The notes beneath the pieces were generated by a model. The model saw only the letters and a program-made list of their open reading frames with translations, made no database searches and had not been told where the DNA came from. Shown in pieces: positions 1 to 8,254 of a DNA stretch of 64,000 nucleotides (position 1 is its first letter; each line of letters opens with the position of its first letter). Source of the DNA: Polyangiales bacterium (GTDB lineage: Bacteria; Myxococcota_A; Polyangia; Polyangiales; Polyangiaceae). The position numbers and the translations under genes were made by a program. The stretch spans positions 1 through 64,000 of the forward strand of contig JBBRNJ010000040.1 of assembly GCA_038230375.1 (NCBI GenBank), in the 5' to 3' direction.

Positions 1-584
1 ACGGGGGCGAAGGCCACGGCGCGTTCACCGGCATGACGTCCCGCGGCGATCGCACCAATAATGACCACTGCGGTCATCACGACGGAGAACGCGACGCGGA
101 GCTCGCGACGAAGGCGGGACACACGCTGGCGAACCGCGGCGGGGGACAGCCCCTCCTCGACGGCGATGTCCTCGAAGGAGTCGCCTTGGTGCTCGCGGAC
201 GAGCCACTTCAGCGGATCGTGCAGGTGCGGACGCGCCTCTACGTAGTCCAGCACTTCTGCCAGCTCGGCGTGCACGAGGCTCGTCGCCGGGACAGCCGGC
301 GCGGCGCCTGCGTCGATGCGCGCATCGCCCGCTTCTTCCGGGAGTGAACACTCCGCGACCTCGGGGGCGGCTCCGGATGCGCTGCGTGCGCGCATGGCGT
401 CATACGCCTCGTGCCGCGCCACGCCGAACAGAAAGCCTTCACCGCGGGCGTTGTGACGTCCGGCCCAGGCCTCACACGCAGCCGATTGCGCCACGTCCTC
501 CACCAGATCCGCGGGGATCCTTCGGCGAAGAAACCGGCGCAATTCCAGCAAGCGAGCCGGCACCAGAAGCGAAGCCATGTTCAT
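1..584 (-). CDS. ECF-type sigma-70 factor with C-terminal transmembrane segment (runs off left edge; absent from ORF track)
   Basis: Hand translation from ATG 584. Region 2-like LRRFLRRRIPADLVEDVAQSAACEAW...FLFGVARHEAYDAMRAR; region 4-like FEDIAVEEGLSPAAVRQRVSRLRRELR; then hydrophobic VAFSVVMTAVVIIGAIAAG; no stop before base 1. Confidence 0.75.
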   Translation of the reverse strand, partial: MNMASLLVPARLLELRRFLRRRIPADLVEDVAQSAACEAWAGRHNARGEGFLFGVARHEAYDAMRARSASGAAPEVAECSLPEEAGDARIDAGAAPAVPATSLVHAELAEVLDYVEARPHLHDPLKWLVREHQGDSFEDIAVEEGLSPAAVRQRVSRLRRELRVAFSVVMTAVVIIGAIAAGRHAGERAVAFAP

Positions 585-675
585 TCAGACAAGACAGTCT
601 GACACGCCCGGTCCTTTGTGACATGGCCCGAGCAGATTTCCTGAAAGCGCACACCGGAGGAGACCCTGGCCGCGC

Positions 676-1566
676 CTACTTCGGTGCGCCCGTCTCGATC
701 CACTTCTTGACCATGGCGACGTCGGTGGCGCTGAGTGGTGAGTTCGGAGGCATGTTCACGGAGGCGACGCCGGGGCTCGCCTCGCCGACCTTTCCATTCG
801 AGATCTTCTGGAAGAGGTAGCTGTTCGCAGCGTCGTTGGGCGTCACGTACTTCATCTGCTTCGTGCCGGGCTCCTGCCATGCGTCCAGCTGCGTGAGACG
901 ATCGTAGAGCGGGCGATCGGGGCAGTTGGTTTTCATACCAGCGACGGCGCCGCCGTAGCCCACGGAGCCGATCGAGGCATTCTCCAGCGCGAGCCAGCCG
1001 CGGCATGCCTTGGCGCTCGTCGCGAAGTATTGCTCTCTCACGTGGCAGCTCGAGGTGCTGGTTCCACAGGATCGCTCGAACAGCGGAACCATGTGCTGTT
1101 CAAACGAGACTGCTCCGCCGTCCCAGTTGACGGGCGGCGCGTCCGTTCCCGCGTCGACCGGTCCAGTGTCTGCTGGCGCGGTCGCCGTTGCCTCGTTGGT
1201 GTAGGCGGATTTCGCGCCCGCCCCGCCGACCGCGCGTGCTCGGTAGGTGTACGTGGCACCGGCGGTGACGCCCGTGTCGTGGAAGATCACCGTATCGAAG
1301 ACCACGGACGTCACCTTGGCGAAGGAGCCATTCGCGTCCTTGCGCTCGACCTCGAACTGGCTCTCGTCGCTGGAGTTGTCCTTCCATGTGACGTGGATGC
1401 CGGCACCAAGGGGCGCGGCTGTCAGCTCAGTGGGCGCGAGCGGTGCGCCCGGGTCTCCGGTGCCTCCGCCAGTGCTCTTCGTACCCTCGGAGCTCGCGCA
1501 CGCTCCCGTGAGCGCAAGCGGTGACGCGGCAAGAGCGATCAGAAGCAAGCAGCGAATCGACCCCAT
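676..1566 (-). CDS. Lipoprotein with fibronectin type III domain and cytochrome c-like C-terminal domain
   Basis: Lipobox LTGAC; FN3 pattern APTELTA...VTWKDNS..E..FEVER...YTYRARA; CGTSTSSCH (CX6CH) and MPP...LS...VKKWIETGA tail; GGAGG RBS. Confidence 0.65.
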   Translation of the reverse strand: MGSIRCLLLIALAASPLALTGACASSEGTKSTGGGTGDPGAPLAPTELTAAPLGAGIHVTWKDNSSDESQFEVERKDANGSFAKVTSVVFDTVIFHDTGVTAGATYTYRARAVGGAGAKSAYTNEATATAPADTGPVDAGTDAPPVNWDGGAVSFEQHMVPLFERSCGTSTSSCHVREQYFATSAKACRGWLALENASIGSVGYGGAVAGMKTNCPDRPLYDRLTQLDAWQEPGTKQMKYVTPNDAANSYLFQKISNGKVGEASPGVASVNMPPNSPLSATDVAMVKKWIETGAPK

Positions 1567-1585
1567 GAGGAACCTCCGTCTCGAA

Positions 1586-3034
1586 CTATTTCATCACCAT
1601 CAGATCGCCCATCATCCCGCGCTCGGCGTGCTCCAGGATGTGGCAGTGGAACATCCACATCCCGAGAGGATCGTAGCGCACCGCGAGCCGCGCCGAAGTG
1701 CCCCGCGCGATGTTGATCGTGTCCTTCCAGCCGCGGCTCGTGTCGGGCTTTCCGTCCGGGCCAAGCACCTGGAAGAACATCCCGTGCAGGTGGAACGGGT
1801 GGTCCATCTCCTTCGTGCTGACGACCTCCCAGATCTCCAGGTCACCCTGCTTCACCATCAGCGGCGGGTTGTTCGGCCACATCTGGTCGTTGATGGAGAA
1901 CGTCGGGCCGTCTGTCGCGCCGTTCTCGTTCTCTTGCAAGGTGAAGCGCTTCACCACGGTGGACGATGTGATCGCAAAAGGCTCGATGGACCGGAGCTCG
2001 GTCGGGAGCGGGCGTAGCACCCGGTCGACGCGAGGACCGACGACAATGTCGGCGAGCAAGCGTGCGCCCTGATCGGGGAGCTCGTGACCGCGGTCGTAGT
2101 AGATCGTCTCGAGCGACGCGTGAGCCCCCTCGGCATCGTCGAATGTCACGATGACCTCGTAGCGTTCTCCCGGCGCGATGAGCAGCGTGTCAGCGGTGTA
2201 CGAGCGCGGGAGCAGGCCGCCGTCGCTCCCGATGACGACGAAGGGGTGGCCAGCCACGCGCAGGTTGAAGTACCGGCCGTTCGCGGAGTTCACGAAGCGC
2301 CACCGCTGGCGACCGCCGCTGTCGACGACGATCTTGCCTTCACGCTTCCCGTTGAGAAGCAGCACGTTCCCCTGCTTGCCGACCATCATGTCCAGCTTGT
2401 CGCCGTCGAACGCGAGCGGGCCTTCCGCAGTGAGCTTCACGTCGTCCACGATGAAGGTCCGGTCGGCAGTCACGTCGAGATCTTCGTCGCCCTTGACGAC
2501 GAGCGCGGCGTACAGGCCTCGCTCGATCTGCTCGTAGCCATGCACGTGGGGATGGAACCAGAACGTCCCCGAGTCCATGACCGTGAAGCGATAGTCGTAC
2601 GTGCCGCCCGGCGCGACCGGCGCCTGCGATGACGTCGAACCGTCCGCAGCGACGGGTACGCGCAGGCCATGCCAGTGGACGGTGGTCGGGTCGGGCAGGT
2701 CGTTCTTGAAGTGGACGATCACCTGGTCGCCGCGCTTCGCTTCGAGCCGCGGCCCCGGCACACTGCCAACGCTTCCATCGATGGCGCCGTCGCGATACCC
2801 CCACACGTCCGTGGGCTTGTCGGTGAGGTAGTGGGTGACGGAGGGCGCGGCGATCAGCTGCACCTCGACGATGTTCGGATCGGGGTTGGTGTCGGTGAGC
2901 ACCGCCATGCCCACCGAATCCACGGGCGCCGTCGCGTGCGTCGCGGAAGAACCGCAGCCGAGCGCGAGCGCCATGAGCGCGAACGAAGCGACGATACGCC
3001 GTTTCCGGCGCTCGAGAAGACTCCCCACGTCCAT
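1586..3034 (-). CDS. Multicopper oxidase (lipoprotein)
   Basis: All four Cu motifs: HWHG, WFHPH, HPFHLHG, HCHILEHAERGMM; LALGC lipobox. Confidence 0.95.
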   Translation of the reverse strand: MDVGSLLERRKRRIVASFALMALALGCGSSATHATAPVDSVGMAVLTDTNPDPNIVEVQLIAAPSVTHYLTDKPTDVWGYRDGAIDGSVGSVPGPRLEAKRGDQVIVHFKNDLPDPTTVHWHGLRVPVAADGSTSSQAPVAPGGTYDYRFTVMDSGTFWFHPHVHGYEQIERGLYAALVVKGDEDLDVTADRTFIVDDVKLTAEGPLAFDGDKLDMMVGKQGNVLLLNGKREGKIVVDSGGRQRWRFVNSANGRYFNLRVAGHPFVVIGSDGGLLPRSYTADTLLIAPGERYEVIVTFDDAEGAHASLETIYYDRGHELPDQGARLLADIVVGPRVDRVLRPLPTELRSIEPFAITSSTVVKRFTLQENENGATDGPTFSINDQMWPNNPPLMVKQGDLEIWEVVSTKEMDHPFHLHGMFFQVLGPDGKPDTSRGWKDTINIARGTSARLAVRYDPLGMWMFHCHILEHAERGMMGDLMVMK

Positions 3035-3118
3035 CCCATCAGTCTAGCACAAAGGGAGTGGGTGCAGCCGTAACGCCCGCCCTCGTCAGGACACATACCT
3101 GGTTGGAGGCAAGAGAAC

Positions 3119-3241
3119 ATGAGCCAGACAAACCGCGACACGGGGACCCGCATCGACGAGATCGGCGATGGCATCTACCGCATCAACACGCCGGTCCGCG
3201 AGATACCCGGCGGCTTCTCGTTCAACCAGATCCTGGTTGAC
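3119..3241 (+). pseudogene. 5' remnant (41 codons) of an MBL-fold metallo-hydrolase/ODP-like gene, in frame with the downstream ORF
   Basis: GTRIDEIGDGIYRINTPVREIPGGFSFNQILVD resembles the N-terminus of FprA/ODP-like MBL proteins; similarity stops and no HxHxDH-type motif follows; GGAGG RBS upstream. Confidence 0.55.
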
Positions 3242-3277
3242 GTATACGCTGGACCATACGGCGTTCGCGCCCGTCTG

Positions 3278-3733
3278 ATGGCTGTCTACTGGAATCTAGG
3301 GCTGTGTGCTCGAACGTCGGCGGACGCCGACGCGTGCATCGTTTTCTTTCGGAAGCGGCGCCTCGTCCTGGACGATGTCGAGGTCGCGCTCGAGGTGCAC
3401 TGCAGCGAGCGCGCCGACGAATGGCTGGTTGGCGTGTGGCCGCGCGGCATGAGCCACGGCAGTCCATCCGGCAGCGATCCGCGACTGACCACGGACGACG
3501 CCCACGCCCGCATCGCGCGAATCTTCGACCAATGGTTGCGCGAGGCGCCGCCGTTCCGCGCAGCCTTCTTCGGAGGAGAGGCGTTCGATTTCTTCCTCGA
3601 CGATGCCGAGAGCATCGACGCGGAAGGGATCCGAGGCCTCGTGATCGACGAAGCCATGTGGGTATCGCTCGGGAGACCGCCCTCGGCCGAGCCGGCCGGA
3701 CCAGGGCGGTTCGCCTGGCCGCGCACGGCATGA
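3278..3733 (+). CDS. Hypothetical protein (start could be 3119 as a fusion)
   Basis: ORF with GC3-rich codons from ATG 3278 (MAVYWNLG...); no recognisable motif. Confidence 0.55.
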   Translation: MAVYWNLGLCARTSADADACIVFFRKRRLVLDDVEVALEVHCSERADEWLVGVWPRGMSHGSPSGSDPRLTTDDAHARIARIFDQWLREAPPFRAAFFGGEAFDFFLDDAESIDAEGIRGLVIDEAMWVSLGRPPSAEPAGPGRFAWPRTA

Positions 3734-3844
3734 AGGTGAGGACGGGACGAACCGTGCCTCAGTGCCCGCTGCAACGTGTGGCGTCGTCACCCCAGAGCCT
3801 CACGGCTCGTCACGGTTCGCCGGGAAAAACGGCCTCCTGGTGCG

Positions 3845-3860
3845 CGGCACGCGGGTTGCT
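3845..3860 (+). promoter_or_regulatory. sigma54 (-24/-12) promoter
   Basis: CGGCAC-GCGGG-TTGCT, exact GG-N10-GC spacing, intergenic and just upstream of ATG 3875. Confidence 0.6.
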
Positions 3861-3874
3861 CGTTGTGGCGCACG

Positions 3875-4324
3875 ATGAAGCTGGGAGCCCCGCCTGTGCA
3901 CATTCGCATTGCGCTGGGGATCCTCCTTGTCGGAGCGTTGTCGTACTTCGCTCGCGGCACGGACCCCGAGATCTTCCGGTGGTTGGACGCCGCCGGAGTT
4001 CGGGCCGTGTCGCGCGCACTTCACGATGCGCGCGTGGCTTGCTCCTCGGCCGTGCACTTGCCGCCCTGGTTCCTGGGTGCGTTCGCCGACTTCGCGTATG
4101 CGTTCGCGCTGGGCGCGTGGTTCTCGCGCTCGTCGTTCCGCACGCGCTCGCTCGCCTTCGCGTTCGCTCTTGGTCACGAGCTCGGGCAGGGAGCAGGCCT
4201 CGTGCCGGGCACCTTCGATCCGTGGGACGTCCTCACGCTCGCGATCGCCTTCCTGCTCGCGAGCGCCCTGCTCTCACGCGCTCAGAGGCAGTCGTGCGTC
4301 AGGCTTGCTCCCGCGAGAGCGTGA
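3875..4324 (+). CDS. Small integral membrane protein, VanZ/DUF2809-like
   Basis: Several hydrophobic helices; HELGQ...PGTFDPWD motif. Confidence 0.6.
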   Translation: MKLGAPPVHIRIALGILLVGALSYFARGTDPEIFRWLDAAGVRAVSRALHDARVACSSAVHLPPWFLGAFADFAYAFALGAWFSRSSFRTRSLAFAFALGHELGQGAGLVPGTFDPWDVLTLAIAFLLASALLSRAQRQSCVRLAPARA

Positions 4325-4941
4325 AACTCGCAGTACGCGTCCTCGCGCGGAAACTGGGTGCCAACGCCCTGTCGATAGAGGACGCAAGCGAGCTTTCCGT
4401 TCTGCGAGGTGCGGGTCACCGTCACCTCGGTTCCCGCGGCAAGCGTCGGCTGTGATTTCGTGACCTCCGTCGCGCGGACGAGCGCGTCGAACAGACTGCG
4501 CGCCGCACGGTAGTCGGCAGTCTCGGTCACCTTGCCGCTCGAGTCCGCTGGGTAGCCCGTGCCCCCGAATGACATCACGCTGTCATTGTTCGACACGCTG
4601 ATCCGCGCGGACTGCCCGACCGTGACCCACGAGGAAGTGTCATAGACCTGCGCGCGCAGCACCCCGGGAATGGCGAACGAGACGTCGCTCGTCACGCGAC
4701 CCGGCGCGAGCGAATCCGTGAGCGCCTGCCACTCCCCGGCGTCGAAGTCGCCCTTCACGGCCGTGCAGCTCGCTGCGGCTGCGCTCGACCCCGGCACGAG
4801 GCCGGACGTTGGACCGTGCGTCCCCACGCCCGGCGAAGGCGTGTCACCGGGAGCCGTGGGGCCAGGGCTCTCGGTCCCGCAGCCGCACATGATCGCGACC
4901 ACACCCACTGCCATCCGCGCCTTCGGTGTCGTCATGGTCAC
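4282..4941 (-). CDS. Hypothetical lipoprotein
   Basis: Signal peptide ending MCGC, P/G/T-rich linker, paired Cys. Confidence 0.6.
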   Translation of the reverse strand: MTMTTPKARMAVGVVAIMCGCGTESPGPTAPGDTPSPGVGTHGPTSGLVPGSSAAAASCTAVKGDFDAGEWQALTDSLAPGRVTSDVSFAIPGVLRAQVYDTSSWVTVGQSARISVSNNDSVMSFGGTGYPADSSGKVTETADYRAARSLFDALVRATEVTKSQPTLAAGTEVTVTRTSQNGKLACVLYRQGVGTQFPREDAYCEFHALAGASLTHDCL

Positions 4942-5080
4942 GCCTCCACCGGTGAGAGTCGCCCTTTCGCCTCGTGGATGTAAATGCGTATGAAGCGGAC
5001 GCTATTGAATGCAAACCCCATACAATCGCCGACCGCGCACAACCGCCTTGATGCCGCTGACTTGGTGCTAGAGCAGGGGC

Positions 5081-6541
5081 GTGGAAGTAGAGATCATCGG
5101 CGCAGGGCTCGCGGGTTGTGAGGCGGCGTTCCAGCTTGCGGAGCGCGGTATCAAGGTGCGGCTGGTGGAGCAGAAGCCTCTCCGCCGCACGCCCGCGCAG
5201 CACACGGACGCGCTCTGCGAGCTCGTGTGCAGCAACTCGCTGCGCGGCGCGGCGCTCGTCAACGCAGTGGGTCTCTTGAAGGAGGAGCTGCGGCGCGCGG
5301 GCTCGCTCATCCTGCGCTCGGCCGACATCGCCAAGGTCCCTGCGGGCGGCGCGCTCGCCGTCGATCGCGACGTGTTCTCGCGCACGATCACGGAGACCAT
5401 CGAGAAGCATCCGAACATCACCCTCGAGCACCGCATCGTCACCACCATTCCCGAGTCGTCCGCGGACCATCCCGTGATCGTCGCGACGGGCCCGCTCACG
5501 GGCGACGAGCTGGCCACTGAGCTCCAGAGCATCGTCGGCGAGAAGCACCTGGCGTACTTCGATGCGATCGCGCCGATCGTCGCCGCCGAGAGCATCGACT
5601 GGGACGTGGTCTTCAAGCAGTCACGCTGGGGCAAGGGCGAGTCCGGAAGCATCGAGGACTCGCCCGCGGAAGGCGCGACAGAGCGGTCTGCGAGCGACGC
5701 GGCGGAGCTCGGCGACGCGGCCTACGTGAACTGCCCCTTCGACGAGCCCGAATACAAGGCGTTCGTGGCCGCACTGCTCGCCGCCGAGAAGGTCGAGCCC
5801 AAGGATTTCGAGAAGACTCGCTACTTCGAGGGCTGCCTCCCGATCGAGGTGATGGCGCAGCGCGGAGAGATGACGCTCGCATTCGGACCGATGAAGCCCG
5901 TGGGCCTCACGAACCCGCGCACCGGCAGGCGACCGTTCGCGGTGGTGCAGCTGCGCCCGGAGGACGCCGCCATGACGGCGTACAACCTGGTCGGGTTCCA
6001 GACGAAGATGACCTACAAGGAGCAGGAGCGCGTGCTCCGCATGATCCCGGGCCTCGCGCAGGCGGAGTTCATGCGCATGGGCAGCGTGCACCGCAACACC
6101 TTCCTGCACTCGCCGCGGCTGCTCGACGAAACGATGCAGCTCAGGTCGCGCCCGCACCTCTACTTCGCGGGCCAGGTCACGGGCGTGGAGGGCTACGTGG
6201 AGAGCGCCGCCGGTGGCTTCCTCTGCGGGCTGATGCTCGCGCAGAAGCTCCGCGGCGAGAAGGTCTTGCGTCCGCCGGAGACCACTGCGCTGGGCGGTCT
6301 GCTCACGCACCTGGGACGCGAGACGGCCGGCGCGAAGGACGGCTTCCAGCCCTCCAACATCACGTGGGCGTGCATGCCGCCGCACCCGAACGGGCGCCTC
6401 AAGAAGCGGGACCGCTACGCCGCGCTGTCCGAGCGCGCGCTGCGGGATTTTTCGGAATGGCTCTCGTCAGCGCCGTTGTTATCGGGAGCGACGTCGCCGT
6501 CACCAGCTTCGTCGACCTCTCCTGCGGCTCCTGCGGCGTGA
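5081..6541 (+). CDS. trmFO: Methylenetetrahydrofolate--tRNA-(uracil-5-)-methyltransferase TrmFO (Gid)
   Basis: [66 protein letters not shown]. Confidence 0.97.
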   Translation: MEVEIIGAGLAGCEAAFQLAERGIKVRLVEQKPLRRTPAQHTDALCELVCSNSLRGAALVNAVGLLKEELRRAGSLILRSADIAKVPAGGALAVDRDVFSRTITETIEKHPNITLEHRIVTTIPESSADHPVIVATGPLTGDELATELQSIVGEKHLAYFDAIAPIVAAESIDWDVVFKQSRWGKGESGSIEDSPAEGATERSASDAAELGDAAYVNCPFDEPEYKAFVAALLAAEKVEPKDFEKTRYFEGCLPIEVMAQRGEMTLAFGPMKPVGLTNPRTGRRPFAVVQLRPEDAAMTAYNLVGFQTKMTYKEQERVLRMIPGLAQAEFMRMGSVHRNTFLHSPRLLDETMQLRSRPHLYFAGQVTGVEGYVESAAGGFLCGLMLAQKLRGEKVLRPPETTALGGLLTHLGRETAGAKDGFQPSNITWACMPPHPNGRLKKRDRYAALSERALRDFSEWLSSAPLLSGATSPSPASSTSPAAPAA

Positions 6542-7427
6542 ATCCGAACTCCACGCCCGCATCCAGGAGCCGCGCCGCCGTGACCGCCACCGAGCGCTCG
6601 CCGATGTCCATGCCGAAGAACGGCCGTCCGAGCGCATGCGCGCACACCAGCGTGGTGCCCGAGCCCATGAATGGATCGCAGATCAGATCGCCCTTGTTCG
6701 ACTGCGCGCGGATGATGCGCGTGAGGAGCTTCTCCGGCTTCTGGGTGGGATAGCCCGTGGCCTGGGACAGGAGCGGTGTGTTGCCCATCATGGACGGGCA
6801 GTCGCTCCACACGCTGCCAAGGGCGCGACCGCGGTCCAGCGCATAGCGGTACGTCTTGCCGTTGATGGTCCGCTCGCGGTACGGGCGGCCGTCCGGGCCT
6901 TTGTGTGTAAAGTGCATCTTCTGGCTGGTGCCCGCGTACGGCTCGCGGAGCATCGGGTCGTCCGCGTTCCACGTATACGAATCGCCCTTTGTGTAGACGA
7001 GGAGCGTCTGGTGGGTCTGCGGCGGACCATGCTTCCGTCGTCCACCGTTGCCGGGGACCCAGATGACCTCGCCCAGGAAGCGCTCGCGGCCGAAGATCGC
7101 GTCGCAGCGGACCTTCATGTCGTGGACGGCGCGATGGTCCAGGTGCAGCCACATGGAGCCCGTCTCCGCGAGAGCGCGATGGACGACAGCGACGCGCTCC
7201 GTCAGCCACGACAGGTACGCGTCGAACGAGGGCCACTGATCGGAGTAGGCGACGGGGCCATGCGCTCGCTGGCCCTTCAGGTCCTTGTCGCGCGCGCGGA
7301 ACTTGAGGCCGACGAAGAACGGCGGATCCAGGTACGCGAGCGCAACGGAGTCCGCGCCGACATGACGGGTGAGGGTGATCGCGTCGTCCTGCGCGATCCA
7401 GCTCGGCCATCCTTCCTTGAGGATCAT
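6399..7427 (-). CDS. Site-specific DNA methyltransferase (N6A/N4C, beta class), orphan
   Basis: YLDPPF (motif IV) precedes [10 protein letters not shown] and DPFMGSGTT (motif I). Confidence 0.9.
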   Translation of the reverse strand: MILKEGWPSWIAQDDAITLTRHVGADSVALAYLDPPFFVGLKFRARDKDLKGQRAHGPVAYSDQWPSFDAYLSWLTERVAVVHRALAETGSMWLHLDHRAVHDMKVRCDAIFGRERFLGEVIWVPGNGGRRKHGPPQTHQTLLVYTKGDSYTWNADDPMLREPYAGTSQKMHFTHKGPDGRPYRERTINGKTYRYALDRGRALGSVWSDCPSMMGNTPLLSQATGYPTQKPEKLLTRIIRAQSNKGDLICDPFMGSGTTLVCAHALGRPFFGMDIGERSVAVTAARLLDAGVEFGFTPQEPQERSTKLVTATSLPITTALTRAIPKNPAARARTARRSGPAS

Positions 7428-8254
7428 GGTGCGTCGCTCTCTTGGAGCATGCGGAGGAGATCCGCGGTCTCCTGTGGCTTGTCACGCGTGCCCTTCGTGA
7501 TCCACGGGCGTGTCGGGCCGGTGGGCTCGCAGCCCGTGAGGATCTCCTCGTCCGTGCATGCAGTGCGGACGTGCACGTGATCGTCGTGTGGGCCGCCGGG
7601 GTGTGGCTGCAGCATCACGTCCATCGCGCGCTGCAGGATGTATGGCGGCTCGTTGCGCGCCACGGCCCATTCCAGCAGGAGCGCACGCACGTTGTCGTGG
7701 ACGAAGATCCATTGCACGCGGGCTGCGTCGTCGTCGACCAGGCTCTTGACGAGCAGCCACTCGCGCGCGACATCCAGGCGAAGGAAGCGGTTCTTCTCCT
7801 TGTCGAACGCGAGCCCGTCGCGGCCCACCGAGATGAAGCCTGGGCTCTCCACCGGCGCGCCCTCGAGGGTGGTCACATAGAAGAGGAGGTCTGCGTCGCG
7901 ACCGGTGCGGTGCGACGCGTGGTGCGGCAGGAGCTGGCCGCCGTGCGGCGCAGAGAGATCACCCACCACCAGCATGGAGCCAGGGCGCTCGTGCGCGACC
8001 GCGTCTGCAGCGCGCGTGATCGCATCCACGAAGCGCCCAAGGCCGTAGCGGCGATCGTTGTGACGCAGCCGCTTGTACGACGCGCCCTGGTCGGGCAGCG
8101 GCGCGCCCCCGGTGAGCACGCCTCGGCTGGGCGTTCCCACGGAGCCCGCGCGGTGCGGCGCGAACGGCGAGGGTGCATGCACGCAGCCGGACGCAAGCAC
8201 GCCCAGCGCGCTCATCAAGGCCCCGGCGCGCAGCGTCGTGGACATGGGCCTCAT
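7424..8254 (-). CDS. mepA: Penicillin-insensitive murein endopeptidase (lipoprotein)
   Basis: VGDLSAPHGG, HASHRTGRDAD, HDDHVHVR LAS-type Zn motifs. Confidence 0.85.
   Translation of the reverse strand: MRPMSTTLRAGALMSALGVLASGCVHAPSPFAPHRAGSVGTPSRGVLTGGAPLPDQGASYKRLRHNDRRYGLGRFVDAITRAADAVAHERPGSMLVVGDLSAPHGGQLLPHHASHRTGRDADLLFYVTTLEGAPVESPGFISVGRDGLAFDKEKNRFLRLDVAREWLLVKSLVDDDAARVQWIFVHDNVRALLLEWAVARNEPPYILQRAMDVMLQPHPGGPHDDHVHVRTACTDEEILTGCEPTGPTRPWITKGTRDKPQETADLLRMLQESDAP

Noticed and set aside
6399..7427. Restriction-modification or defence island
   Set aside because: No nuclease, specificity subunit or other defence genes adjacent; housekeeping context
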